Positions 19,168-29,456 of a DNA stretch of 64,000 bases are shown in pieces. This DNA comes from a bacterium. Its GTDB lineage: Bacteria; Desulfobacterota; Anaeroferrophillalia; Anaeroferrophillales; Tharpellaceae. Numbering within the stretch: position 1 is the stretch's first letter; each line of letters begins with the position of its first letter. Location: the NCBI GenBank assembly GCA_029932385.1, contig JAOZQE010000001.1, positions 1,475-65,474 on the forward strand, in the 5' to 3' direction. The notes under the pieces were generated by a model. The model worked only from the letters and a program-made list of their open reading frames with translations, did no database searches and was not told the origin of the DNA. Made by a program: the position numbers and the translations under genes.

Positions 19168-19962
19168 TTGTCTGTAATAAATGCAATCATCCTTGGAATA
19201 ATTCAAGGTCTAACCGAATTTCTACCGGTCAGCAGTTCCGGTCACTTGGTGATCGCTGAACACCTGCTTCCCGGCTGGCAGCAGACCGGGATAGTTTTTG
19301 AGGTACTTCTCCACCTGGCAACTCTTCTGGCGGTAATAATATTCTTTCGCCGGGATCTGTTTTTATTATTCAAATCACTCTACACAAAAAGTTTCGAAGC
19401 CTCGCAACAGCGCCGTCTTCTGCTATTGTTGATCCTGGCGACTATCCCGACTGGAATAATCGGTCTGGCCGGAAAAAAGATTTTTATCTCTCTTTTTGAC
19501 CGGCTTGATGTCGTCGGTGTCATGTTACTGGTGACTGCCCTGCTTTTGTGGCTGGCTGAAATTCCGAGAGAATTTAAGAAGGAAGGCTGGGGCCGCATAA
19601 GTGATGCCGTCCTGATTGGCATAACTCAGGGTCTGGCCATTATCCCGGGAATTTCACGTTCAGGATCGACAATCTCTGTCGCTATGATGCTTGGGATAGA
19701 GCCGGAGAAGGCCGCCCGGTTCTCTTTTCTGCTTTCAATCCCGGCAATCAGCGGTGCGGCGCTGTTGAATCTTAAAGAGATAAGCAATATTCCGACAGAG
19801 CAGATCCCGGCATCGTTGTGCGGTGCCTTGGCCGCCCTGCTTACCGGCCTTTTAGCGCTTAAGCTTTTGCTTATGATAATCAGAGAGAGACGTTTGCGGA
19901 TCTTTTCCATCTACTGTGTGATCGTCGGCAGCATCGCCCTGCTGCTGTCATTTACGGGATGA
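19168..19962 (+). CDS. uppP: undecaprenyl-diphosphate phosphatase
   Basis: 264 aa; starts at TTG; LTEFLPVSSSGHL and PGISRSG motifs of BacA/UppP. Confidence 0.85.
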   Translation: MSVINAIILGIIQGLTEFLPVSSSGHLVIAEHLLPGWQQTGIVFEVLLHLATLLAVIIFFRRDLFLLFKSLYTKSFEASQQRRLLLLLILATIPTGIIGLAGKKIFISLFDRLDVVGVMLLVTALLLWLAEIPREFKKEGWGRISDAVLIGITQGLAIIPGISRSGSTISVAMMLGIEPEKAARFSFLLSIPAISGAALLNLKEISNIPTEQIPASLCGALAALLTGLLALKLLLMIIRERRLRIFSIYCVIVGSIALLLSFTG

Positions 19963-20074
19963 TTCAGCCGCGGTCAATTGATAGGCTCCGATACGATATA
20001 TTAGAAAACAATCTGTGAATCCATTCAAAAGCACTTTTTCCCATAAGCAACAGTTGTCGTTTTTTTGCTCAGCT

Positions 20075-20118
20075 AAAAAAGAAGGCACAAAGCTTTCTGC
20101 TTTGTGCCTTCTCACTTT
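20075..20118. terminator. bidirectional intrinsic terminator between convergent uppP and pckA
   Basis: Perfect 13 bp stem GAAGGCACAAAGC/GCTTTGTGCCTTC with loop TTTCT, flanked by A6 on one side and a T-rich tract on the other. Confidence 0.7.
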
Positions 20119-20144
20119 AAAACTATTTCTATCGTTCAGATTTA

Positions 20145-21791
20145 TTAGCGGCCGGGACACTGCCCGGCGACTTCAGATGCGATATTTTTATTTCCATAGG
20201 CCTTTTTGAAATGGGCCGCAAATTCACCCGCCAGTTTTTGGGCTCGTTTGTCGTAAGCATTACCATCCCGCCAGGTATCCCGTGGATTCAGGATCTCAGC
20301 CTCAACTCCGGGACAGCTTTGGGGAATCATAACATGGAAAACCGGATCGTGAATATAATCTACTTCAGCTAAATCCCCGTTCATAGCCGCTTTCACCAAC
20401 GCCCTGGTCAACTTGATATCCATGCGCTCGCCCTCACCGAAGGGGCCGCCGCTCCAGCCGGTATTAACCAGAAAAACCTCAGATTTAAAACTCTTCATCC
20501 GAGCTCCGAGCATGCCTGCGTAGACATCCGGATTGCAGGGCATGAAAGGTTCACCGAAGAACCGGGAGAAGGTGGTGACCGGTTCGGTAATCCCGGTTTC
20601 CGTACCTGCCAGTTTACTAGTATAACCCATCAAAAACCACAACATTGCCTGAGCCGGATCAAGTTTGCTGATTGGCGGCAGAACTCCGTTGGCATCAGCC
20701 GTAAGAAAGAGGATCGTCTGCGGATGGCCGGCAACGGATGAAGGTTTGATATTACTCAGTTCCGATAAAAGGTATGAACCTCTTGAGTTTGGAGTCAGGC
20801 GTTCATCATCAAAATCAAAAAAACCATTCGGATAGAGCATTGCGTTCTCGACAATCGAACCATGCTTCAAGTAGTCATCTTCATGCATAACCGCCTGGTA
20901 GATTTCAGGCTCTTTTTCAGCATCGATATTGATCATCTTGGCGTAACAGCCGTTTTCAAAATTGGCTACTCCAGTATCACTCCATCCATGTTCGTCATCT
21001 CCGAGCAGGGCCCGTTCGGGGTCAGCTGAAAGCGTGGTCTTACCGGTTCCGGAGAGACCCAACAACAAGGCCACATGACCATTCGGACCCTCATTCGCCG
21101 AGCAGTGCAACGGCAGAATCCCTATTTCCGGCAGCATGTAGTTCATTACTGAGAACATAAGTTTTTTTACTGAGCCGCAGTAGGCTGAGCCATAAACAAT
21201 TCCAACCCGTTGATCAAGATCAATAACCACTGCCAGATCGGAAGCCTTACCGTCAGCAAGATTGCGCAGGCGTCCCTGATAGCGGTCCCGGTCAAGTTTA
21301 TCGTAAGGCAGGGCCAGCAGCGTGAACTCCTTGCCGAAAAAGAAAGATTTTTTAATATCATCTGGTATGGGACGAAACATGTTGTCCGTAAAAAGAGCAG
21401 TCAGAGCTTGATCTGTGACTGTCTTTACTGGCAAAGCATAAGCCGAGTCGGCTCCCAAAACCCGATCAGTCACATAAATGTCACTTTTTTTGCTTAAAAC
21501 CTCAACTGCATCGGCAAAAAGCATCTCAAAAGTCTCTTCTGAAACCGGTATATTATTAGGTGAATCCCAATCGATCTTGGCTTCACTTGCGGCTCTTTTG
21601 ACAATCAGGGTGTCTTTTGGGCTGCGACCAGTTGACTCAGGCGGTGTCCAGGTCGCTAAAGCACCGTTAGCGGCAATTATGACCTCACGATTATCAACCG
21701 CCATTTTGATCATATCCGGTCGCGCCGGATTTTCGGCAACCCGCTCACGGGCTTCCAGCATTGCATCAACTACTGCTCTTTTACTCATCAT
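20145..21791 (-). CDS. pckA: phosphoenolpyruvate carboxykinase (ATP)
   Basis: 548 aa; kinase-1a motif GLSGTGKTTLS and PEPCK-ATP family conservation. Confidence 0.9.
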   Translation of the reverse strand: MMSKRAVVDAMLEARERVAENPARPDMIKMAVDNREVIIAANGALATWTPPESTGRSPKDTLIVKRAASEAKIDWDSPNNIPVSEETFEMLFADAVEVLSKKSDIYVTDRVLGADSAYALPVKTVTDQALTALFTDNMFRPIPDDIKKSFFFGKEFTLLALPYDKLDRDRYQGRLRNLADGKASDLAVVIDLDQRVGIVYGSAYCGSVKKLMFSVMNYMLPEIGILPLHCSANEGPNGHVALLLGLSGTGKTTLSADPERALLGDDEHGWSDTGVANFENGCYAKMINIDAEKEPEIYQAVMHEDDYLKHGSIVENAMLYPNGFFDFDDERLTPNSRGSYLLSELSNIKPSSVAGHPQTILFLTADANGVLPPISKLDPAQAMLWFLMGYTSKLAGTETGITEPVTTFSRFFGEPFMPCNPDVYAGMLGARMKSFKSEVFLVNTGWSGGPFGEGERMDIKLTRALVKAAMNGDLAEVDYIHDPVFHVMIPQSCPGVEAEILNPRDTWRDGNAYDKRAQKLAGEFAAHFKKAYGNKNIASEVAGQCPGR

Positions 21792-21875
21792 TGTCCTCGA
21801 CTTACAATAGGTTAAAGTTACAGGTTTACTTTCCGTACAGCCCAGTTTGATATTCCCCGGACCGGATTTAATAAA

Positions 21876-24800
21876 TTATGTTATTTTCTGGTTCTTACCT
21901 TTTTGCTGAGAGTATCTTCTGCCGTTTTCCGGTTTCGATTCGATGATTTTTTCTGACGCGACAAACTCCACAAGCCGCCCGCTGTTATAGATATTGTTTA
22001 CATCATGCACAAGATCGGCCGAAGGTTGCAGAGGAAAATTTTCCAGAGCCATGACAATCCGGCACTCAGGCATTCTGAGGTTGATAAAAGCCGGAATTGT
22101 GCCTTTATGACGTTCAAGAACATCCTGCAGCAGGGCCAGCCGGGCCGGAGCCGCCTGTTCGTATGAAAGATTGAGCTCGACTTTCTCGATTACAGTTGAA
22201 AGAGCTTCATCCAGACCGAAAACCTCACTGACAATCATCTTGGCCTTAGTCTGGTCATCATTTATCTCAACCCGTCCTTCAAGGATCAGCGGTTCATCAT
22301 CAACAATATAATCTTTGGCTTTAAGATAGGTTTCCTCAAAAAGAGTGACTTCAACCGAGCCGTACAGATCCTCAAGTACGGCAAAAGCCATTAATTTTCC
22401 GGAGCGAGTACGTTTACTGCGAACTGAATTCAAAAGGCCGCCAATCCGGGCTGAAGATGAATTACCGCAGTTCACCAACTCCGCAGTATTCGCCGTGGTG
22501 CAGCGCTGGAGCTCATCCACATGCCGCTGCAACGGATGGCTGCTTAAATAGAAACCCAGAACATCACGCTCAAAAACCAGCTCCTCCTTGTCATCCCAGG
22601 TTAATACATCTTCCGGATAACAAGCCTCATCAAAAGTGGGTTCATCCCCGGCAAAAGCAAAAAGCGACTGTTGGCCGCAGACCCGGTCGCGAGATGCCGA
22701 CTGACCACTCTCCATAGCTGTATCAATCGCCGCAAAAAGTCTGGAACGGGCAACATTCTCCTCATCAAAAGCACCGGCCTTGACAAGACTCTCAAGCACC
22801 CGGCGGTTAACCCGGGAAAGATCTATCCTGCAGCAGAGATCGAACAGTGACGCATATCTGCCCTCAATCTCCCGGATCCGGATAATTTCCGCGGCCGCTT
22901 TGACTCCGACATTCTTGACGGCCGCCAGACCGAACCTGATATTGTCATCAACCACCGTAAATGAAAGTTCACTGACGTTGATATCAGGCGGCAGCACCTT
23001 GATCCCCATACTCCGACATTCAGCGATATTCTTGATCACCTTGTCGGTGTTGTTCATATCCTCCATCAGTAACCCGGCCATGAATTCAACCGGATAGTGG
23101 GCCTTTAAGTAGGCGGTCTGGTATGCGAGGTAGCCGTAGGCGGTGGAATGCGACTTATTGAAGCCGTATTCCGCAAACTGTGCCATCAGGTCAAAAATTG
23201 CTTCAGCTTTGTTGGGATCAATACTGTTTTCACGGGCCCCGTTGAGAAAACTCTCACGTTGAGCGGCCATGACATCAGCTTTTTTCTTACCCATCGCTTT
23301 GCGCAGAATATCAGCTTGTCCCAGGGAGTAACCGGCCAGCTTCTGCGCAACCTGCATAACCTGTTCCTGATAGACGATAACGCCGTAGGTTTCTTTGAGA
23401 ATCGATTCAAGTTCAGGCAGCAGATATTCAACTTTCTGGCGACCATGCTTACAGGCGATGAAATCATCGATCATTCCGCTCTCAATGGGGCCTGGACGAT
23501 AGAGAGCCACGAGAGCGATAATATCCTCAAAACAACCCGGCTTGAGACGAACCAGAAGATCCTGCATGCCGCTGCTTTCAAGTTGAAATACCCCGACCGC
23601 GGCCCCGGAGGAGAGCAATTTATAGGTTTCTTTATCATCCAGGGGAATCGTACTGATATCAAATCTTTGTGCTTCATCCGCGATACTGCGGTTGATTATT
23701 TTTAAAGCATTATCGATAACCGTCAGGGTTTTTAATCCCAGAAAGTCAAACTTTATCAGACCCAGCTCTTCAACAAACCCCATATCGTACTGGGTGACAA
23801 TAACGTCACTCTCTTTGGCACCCTTATAAAGTGGTAGATAATCCACCAGCGGCTGATCAGTTACCACCACTCCTGCGGCATGAACCGAGGCGTGCCGGTT
23901 GAGACCTTCAAGTGAATGGGCGACCTCAAGCAGCTCTCTCTCCAGGGCATTCCCCTGACGCAGGCGGGCAAATTCAGGCTCCTGGGCTTCAGCTTTTTTC
24001 AGGGTCATGCCAAGATCAGTCGGAACCAGTTTGGCAATTCGGTCAACCTCTGAGTAGGGCATGTGCAGGGCCCGGCCGACATCCCGGATCACTCCCTTGG
24101 CCTGCATCCTGCCGAAAGTGATGATCTGCGAAACCCGATCCTGACCATATTTTTTCGTTACATACTCGATAACCCTATCCCTGCCGTTAATGCAGAAATC
24201 CATATCGATATCCGGCATTGAAACCCGTTCCGGGTTTAAGAAACGCTCAAAAAGAAGGCCGTAGGGAATAGGGTCAATATCGGTAATCCGCATGGCATAG
24301 GCGACCAGCGAACCGGCAGCGGAACCCCGACCGGGACCAACCGGAATATGATTCTCACGAGCATAATTAACAAAATCGGCAACGATCAGAAAATAGCCGG
24401 CAAAGCCCATATCGCAGATTATTTCGATCTCCAGCTCAAGCCGCTGCCGGTAAGTTTGCTCAAGCTCGTCGGTAAAGTTATCACCGTAATAGGACTTAAT
24501 TCTGGGCATAACTTTTTTGAGACCAGCGTGACAGACCTCGACCAGATGCTGATTCAGTGATTTGCCTTCAGGAGGGATAAAATTGGGCGGCCGGTAGTTT
24601 CTGAATTCAAACTTAAAATTGCAACGTTCAGCAATCTCGACGGTATTGGAAATGGCTTCGGGATAGTCCGAAAAAGCTGCGACCATCTCATCCGGCGATT
24701 TAAAATAAAGTTCTTCCGGATAGCGCATCCGTTTAGGATCGTCCATATTTTTTCCGGTCTGAACACAGAGCAGAACTTCATGGGCGTGCGCATCCTCACG

Positions 24801-25448
24801 GTTTAAAAAGTGGCAATCATTGGTTGCGACCAGGGGAACAGAACATTCCCGGGCAAGTTCAACAATCTGCCGGTTGATAATTTTCTGTTCCGGAATAGAG
24901 TTTTCCTGGAGTTCAAGAAAGAAGCGCCGGTCTGTAAACAGGTCACGATAAAACTCAACCTCAGCTCGGGCCCGTTCGTGATCCTGGCGTCGCAATGGAG
25001 CGGAGATCACTCCGCCGAGACAGGCGCTCAGCGCGATCAGGCCCTCATGATGTTCAGTCAGCAGCTCTTTATCAATTCTCGGCTTATAGTAGAAACCTTC
25101 CAGGTATCCTTTGGTTACCAGCTGGCAGAGATTTTTATAGCCGGTCTTGTCCATGGCCAGGAGCACCAGATGATGGGCGTTATCATGTTCTTTATCGTTC
25201 CTTTTATTACGGTTTAAGCGACCCTGCGGGGCAACATAGACTTCGCAGCCGATTATCGGTTTAAGCCCTTTTTTTTCCGCCGTCTGAAAAAAATCAACCG
25301 CTCCGAACATATTTCCGTGATCGGTAAGCGCGACAGCACTCATCCCGTACTCACAAGCTTTGTCAACAAGCTGTTTTATGCGGATGGCCCCGTCTAAAAG
25401 GCTGTACATTGAATGGAGGTGGAGATGAACGAAAGGAGTATCAGACAC
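21876..25448 (-). CDS. dnaE: DNA polymerase III alpha subunit
   Basis: 1190 aa; PHP domain (HLHLHSMYSLLDG), polymerase core and OB-fold regions. Confidence 0.95.
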   Translation of the reverse strand: MSDTPFVHLHLHSMYSLLDGAIRIKQLVDKACEYGMSAVALTDHGNMFGAVDFFQTAEKKGLKPIIGCEVYVAPQGRLNRNKRNDKEHDNAHHLVLLAMDKTGYKNLCQLVTKGYLEGFYYKPRIDKELLTEHHEGLIALSACLGGVISAPLRRQDHERARAEVEFYRDLFTDRRFFLELQENSIPEQKIINRQIVELARECSVPLVATNDCHFLNREDAHAHEVLLCVQTGKNMDDPKRMRYPEELYFKSPDEMVAAFSDYPEAISNTVEIAERCNFKFEFRNYRPPNFIPPEGKSLNQHLVEVCHAGLKKVMPRIKSYYGDNFTDELEQTYRQRLELEIEIICDMGFAGYFLIVADFVNYARENHIPVGPGRGSAAGSLVAYAMRITDIDPIPYGLLFERFLNPERVSMPDIDMDFCINGRDRVIEYVTKKYGQDRVSQIITFGRMQAKGVIRDVGRALHMPYSEVDRIAKLVPTDLGMTLKKAEAQEPEFARLRQGNALERELLEVAHSLEGLNRHASVHAAGVVVTDQPLVDYLPLYKGAKESDVIVTQYDMGFVEELGLIKFDFLGLKTLTVIDNALKIINRSIADEAQRFDISTIPLDDKETYKLLSSGAAVGVFQLESSGMQDLLVRLKPGCFEDIIALVALYRPGPIESGMIDDFIACKHGRQKVEYLLPELESILKETYGVIVYQEQVMQVAQKLAGYSLGQADILRKAMGKKKADVMAAQRESFLNGARENSIDPNKAEAIFDLMAQFAEYGFNKSHSTAYGYLAYQTAYLKAHYPVEFMAGLLMEDMNNTDKVIKNIAECRSMGIKVLPPDINVSELSFTVVDDNIRFGLAAVKNVGVKAAAEIIRIREIEGRYASLFDLCCRIDLSRVNRRVLESLVKAGAFDEENVARSRLFAAIDTAMESGQSASRDRVCGQQSLFAFAGDEPTFDEACYPEDVLTWDDKEELVFERDVLGFYLSSHPLQRHVDELQRCTTANTAELVNCGNSSSARIGGLLNSVRSKRTRSGKLMAFAVLEDLYGSVEVTLFEETYLKAKDYIVDDEPLILEGRVEINDDQTKAKMIVSEVFGLDEALSTVIEKVELNLSYEQAAPARLALLQDVLERHKGTIPAFINLRMPECRIVMALENFPLQPSADLVHDVNNIYNSGRLVEFVASEKIIESKPENGRRYSQQKGKNQKIT

Positions 25449-25560
25449 CAGATAAACTACCGTTGAAAAGAGTGATTAAGAAATTTGCCGAACAATAAAA
25501 AGTGGATCACCTTTAAGGCTGTGGCACTAACACACCGGGAGAAGTTTTCCAAGCAAAAAA

Positions 25561-28266
25561 TCATTGACAGTCGGCCAGACAAAGTCGAACCCGGCAGACA
25601 TCAATCTCCCTCTCAACGATTTCAAAACCAAACTTTTTAATGAAGTTCATCATACTCGAATTATCTCTTAAGACTAGTCCAAAGATCTCTTTAATACCAC
25701 GATCTTTTGCAATATATATCAACTTATCCATTAACAGGTAACCGACTCCACTCTGCTGCCAGTCATCGGTTACTACAATAGCAAATTCATACTCTTCGAT
25801 GTGAGGATAATAGATCAGGCGGTTGACCCCGATACTTATCTTCTCGCCCCCGATTTCGATCTCGGCAATCATGGCTATTTCCCGTTCGTAATCAATCTGG
25901 GTAAAACGAACCAGCTGTTCCGGGGTAATATCTTCTCTCAGGGAAAAGAATCTGAAATAACGAGTTTGTGGCGAGAAACTCGCTACCATACGATGATGGG
26001 CGACAGCATCATCAGGTTTTATCGGACGAATCAAAACTGCGGTACCATCTCTTAAAGTTTCGTGGAATTCATACTGGTTGGGATACGGGGTGGTTGCAAG
26101 ATGGGCGGGCGATATAATTTCAGTCCGCTTCAGTTTGAGCTTGGCATCCACCGTCAGCAGACGACCCCCGGTAATGATTAACGGATCCAGAATAAGAGTT
26201 TCGATCTCAGGCAGGTCGACAACCATTTGAGAGATCCTGACCAAGATATCCTTCAAGGCTTCAATATCAAAAGACCTGACTTCATTACAACACTGAAAAA
26301 GTTTCGTTCGATCTATCAATTTGCCAGCCAGGGTACGATCTAGTGGAGGTAAAATGACAGCTTCATCCGCTGTGATCCGAGACGGTAATCCTCCGCTGCC
26401 GAGGAAGATGTAAGGCCCGAACTCGGCATCATAACGACTGCCGAGGTTGACCTCGTAATCAACCCCCTCAACCATTTTTTCAAGTGTCAGGTCGAAATCA
26501 TCAACTCCCGCCTCAGCCGCAATCTTCTGTAGAGCCACAAACCCCTTCTCGATAGCTTCATCATTATGCAGATTCAAAAGGATTCCCGCAATGTCACTCT
26601 TGTAAGTAAAGGTGTGACAATTAATCTTCATGGCTACCGGATAGCCCAGAACACGGCATAACTGCAGAGCCTCGGCAAGAGATGTAATTTTGTAGGAGCG
26701 ATTGACCGGCAGGCCGTAAAGGGCTATAAGTTCACGAGTCACGTGTGAACTCAGACTGGTAATCTGACGCTCAAGATAGCTTTGTATCAGTCTGCGGGCC
26801 TGCACCAGGTTATTCTGATCATAGCCGGTTTCCAGACTGTAACGCTTAGGCGTAACCACCAGTTTAGAAAGTTTTTCATAATAACGAAGAGCGTAATGAC
26901 AACTTAATACCGCATCTTCGATCGTAAAGCAGATTCTGGTTTTACGGTCATTCAGTTCGGCAGCCGGCTCCAAAGGATCTCCCTGATCGCCAATCCACGT
27001 ATAGACCAGGTGCACTTTGGCGGCGGCCGCCGCCGACTTCATCTTTGCCGCTAACGCCTTGGGATTAATGCCCTGATTTAAAACCACAATTACGATGATC
27101 GTGTCAAACTCTCCAGATGCAAATGTGAGCTCCAGAACCTTTTGATAGCGACCCTCGTCCGCATCTGCCGCGATACAGATCGGATCAAGTGATCCGGAAT
27201 AGGGAGCAACAAATTCATACAGCTTGCGGCTGAGTTCCGGCGACAGGGCGGTGACCGGGATATCTCTTGAGGCCAAGGCATCAACGGCCATAATCCCAAG
27301 CCCGCCGGAATTAGTGATAATGCCCAGCCGCCGGCCCGCTGGAACCTCATTTTCAATCAGGTAATCACCGGCAGTCAGCAACTCATTGATACTCTCAACC
27401 CGGATTATTCCCGCCCGGCGAAAGGCCGTATCATAAATCCGGTCATCTCCTGACGGCCGGCCGGTATGTTTTTCAATCACTTTGCGACTCAGTTCACTCT
27501 TGCCGGCTTTAATGGCAACGATCGGTTTAATCATAGCAACCGATCGGCAGGCACTCATAAAATTTTTTACATCTTTTATATTCTCAAGATAGAGCAGAAT
27601 ACAACTGACCCGGGCGGACCAGCCGAGATAATCGATCATGTCGCCAAAGTTGATATCATTCAAGTTGCCAAGACCGACAATATGACTGAAGCCACTCCCC
27701 CGCTTCTGGGCAATCTCCAGAATTGAAGTGATTACTGCCCCGCTCTGGGAAAGCAGCGCCAATCTGCCGCCGGTAACCTGGATATTGAACAGAGAGAGAT
27801 TGATTTGAGCGGTAGGTACAATAAAGCCTGCGGAATTGAGACCTAAGATGCGGATGCGGTTTTTCCGGGCCCGGGAAATAATTTCCGCGACAAAGCGGTC
27901 GCCGTCGATATCCGACTTGGAGCTCATTATCACCAGACCGCAGACCCCAAGAGTTCCACAGCGGTCAACCAGATCAGGAATCTCGGCCAGCGGCCCCAGA
28001 GTCACAACCAGATCCGGTCGCACCGGAAGCTCATCCAGTGATGAATAAGTATCTGTTTTAGTAATCGGACATCCGGGCAGATGTGAATGACCGGAATCAA
28101 CCAGGCACACCTGGCGGTTGCCGTCAGCCGTCAGGTTACGGTAAAGCTGCCACTCTTTACTCTCAGGGTTGCAGGAACCGGAACTTACAATAGCAATGGC
28201 GGAGTCAGAAGAGATGACCGGGGCGAAAAATTTATCCAGATTATAGATACCCATAACAGCAAACAA
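25561..28266 (-). CDS. Pat-like protein lysine acetyltransferase (NDP-forming acyl-CoA synthetase domains fused to a C-terminal GNAT)
   Basis: 901 aa; N-terminal CoA-binding/succinyl-CoA synthetase-like and ATP-grasp regions, C-terminal GNAT fold (QSGVGYLLMDKLI). Confidence 0.8.
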   Translation of the reverse strand: MFAVMGIYNLDKFFAPVISSDSAIAIVSSGSCNPESKEWQLYRNLTADGNRQVCLVDSGHSHLPGCPITKTDTYSSLDELPVRPDLVVTLGPLAEIPDLVDRCGTLGVCGLVIMSSKSDIDGDRFVAEIISRARKNRIRILGLNSAGFIVPTAQINLSLFNIQVTGGRLALLSQSGAVITSILEIAQKRGSGFSHIVGLGNLNDINFGDMIDYLGWSARVSCILLYLENIKDVKNFMSACRSVAMIKPIVAIKAGKSELSRKVIEKHTGRPSGDDRIYDTAFRRAGIIRVESINELLTAGDYLIENEVPAGRRLGIITNSGGLGIMAVDALASRDIPVTALSPELSRKLYEFVAPYSGSLDPICIAADADEGRYQKVLELTFASGEFDTIIVIVVLNQGINPKALAAKMKSAAAAAKVHLVYTWIGDQGDPLEPAAELNDRKTRICFTIEDAVLSCHYALRYYEKLSKLVVTPKRYSLETGYDQNNLVQARRLIQSYLERQITSLSSHVTRELIALYGLPVNRSYKITSLAEALQLCRVLGYPVAMKINCHTFTYKSDIAGILLNLHNDEAIEKGFVALQKIAAEAGVDDFDLTLEKMVEGVDYEVNLGSRYDAEFGPYIFLGSGGLPSRITADEAVILPPLDRTLAGKLIDRTKLFQCCNEVRSFDIEALKDILVRISQMVVDLPEIETLILDPLIITGGRLLTVDAKLKLKRTEIISPAHLATTPYPNQYEFHETLRDGTAVLIRPIKPDDAVAHHRMVASFSPQTRYFRFFSLREDITPEQLVRFTQIDYEREIAMIAEIEIGGEKISIGVNRLIYYPHIEEYEFAIVVTDDWQQSGVGYLLMDKLIYIAKDRGIKEIFGLVLRDNSSMMNFIKKFGFEIVEREIDVCRVRLCLADCQ

Positions 28267-28387
28267 CCGGGGAAATGGAGAGGTAAATTTGACGGGTAGA
28301 ATTTGATTAACTGATCATCCATCACTACAGTGTAAATCTATTTCCGTCAAGTAAAGCATATCAATTGATATAACAACATTGAAACTT

Positions 28388-28430
28388 AAAAAAAACAAAA
28401 AAAATCCCGGCAAAAAATTTACCGGGATTT
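28388..28430 (-). terminator. intrinsic terminator downstream of rpoH
   Basis: Stem AATCCCGG/CCGGGATT; on the minus strand it is followed by a long T-run (complement of A8CA8). Confidence 0.65.
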
Positions 28431-28457
28431 TAGATTTACTGAATTGTTACTTGAGTT

Positions 28458-29315
28458 TTAAGTCGCGATCAGCATTTCAGCATTGGCGCCTAAGATTTTA
28501 TTAAGTTTTTTTAAGGCATTACTTTCCAGCTGCCGAACCCGTTCACGGGTTATTCCAAGCTCATCACCGACATCCTGCAGGGTTTTGGAAATCCCAGCAA
28601 AAAATCGGCCGCTGATAACTTCCTGTTCCCGCGGGGTAAGCTCTTTTAACGCCTCGTTAATCATGGCCTTACGGTTGATTTCGGCTTCTTTCATCAAAAG
28701 CTGTTCTTCCTGACCGTCACTCTCATCTGCCAGAAGATCGAGAAAAGTAGTGTTACTGTCAGAAATCATCCGGTCAAGAGAGAAGTCGCGGGCGTTGAGA
28801 CGCTGGCAGAAATCTCTGACTTTGGCATCATTTTCAGAGCCGTCAGTCAGGGCATTTATTTCAGCCGTATCAACCTCTTCACCATCAAGAAATCCACGAA
28901 CCTTGCTAAGTTTGAAAAAGAGTTTCTTCTGTAATTGGGTGGTTCCAACCTTCACCAGGCTCCAGGAGCGGATTATATAATCTTGAATGTAGGCACGGAT
29001 CCACCAGACCGCGTATGAAATCAGACGGTAACCACGTTCAGGGTCAAACTTCTTTACGGCCCGCATCAAACCCATATTTCCCTCTTGAACAAGATCCATC
29101 ATGCGCATCCGGTAACCACGGTATTCACCCGCAATTTTCACCACGAAACGGAGGTTTGCAGTGACTAAACGATGAGCCGTCTCAACATCCTGGTTTTTTT
29201 TGTATTGTTGTGCCAGCTCGGTCTCTTTTTCCGGAGTGAGTAAAGAGATACGATTGATCTCGGCAATGTAGCTTGAAAATGAATCGGTATTTATTAAAGC
29301 TAAAGATTTTTCCAT
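28458..29315 (-). CDS. rpoH: RNA polymerase sigma-32 factor
   Basis: 285 aa; sigma-70 regions 2-4 plus an RpoH-box-like QKKLFFKLSKVR. Confidence 0.85.
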   Translation of the reverse strand: MEKSLALINTDSFSSYIAEINRISLLTPEKETELAQQYKKNQDVETAHRLVTANLRFVVKIAGEYRGYRMRMMDLVQEGNMGLMRAVKKFDPERGYRLISYAVWWIRAYIQDYIIRSWSLVKVGTTQLQKKLFFKLSKVRGFLDGEEVDTAEINALTDGSENDAKVRDFCQRLNARDFSLDRMISDSNTTFLDLLADESDGQEEQLLMKEAEINRKAMINEALKELTPREQEVISGRFFAGISKTLQDVGDELGITRERVRQLESNALKKLNKILGANAEMLIAT

Positions 29316-29339
29316 CAGATCTTCACCTCCATTTGATTA

Positions 29340-29366
29340 TTAGCACTCTATCAGGTTGAGTGCTAA
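29340..29366 (-). promoter_or_regulatory. CIRCE operator (HrcA binding site) in the rpoH leader
   Basis: Exact TTAGCACTC-N9-GAGTGCTAA, 25 to 51 bp upstream of the rpoH start codon, immediately upstream of the RBS GGAGGTG. Confidence 0.75.
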
Positions 29367-29456
29367 TATAACATAAAAAAATAGAAATGCAAGGAGAATC
29401 TCTATAATTCTTTATAATTAGAGGTAGTTAATAGCTTTGCTGTGAAGTGTGAGTGG

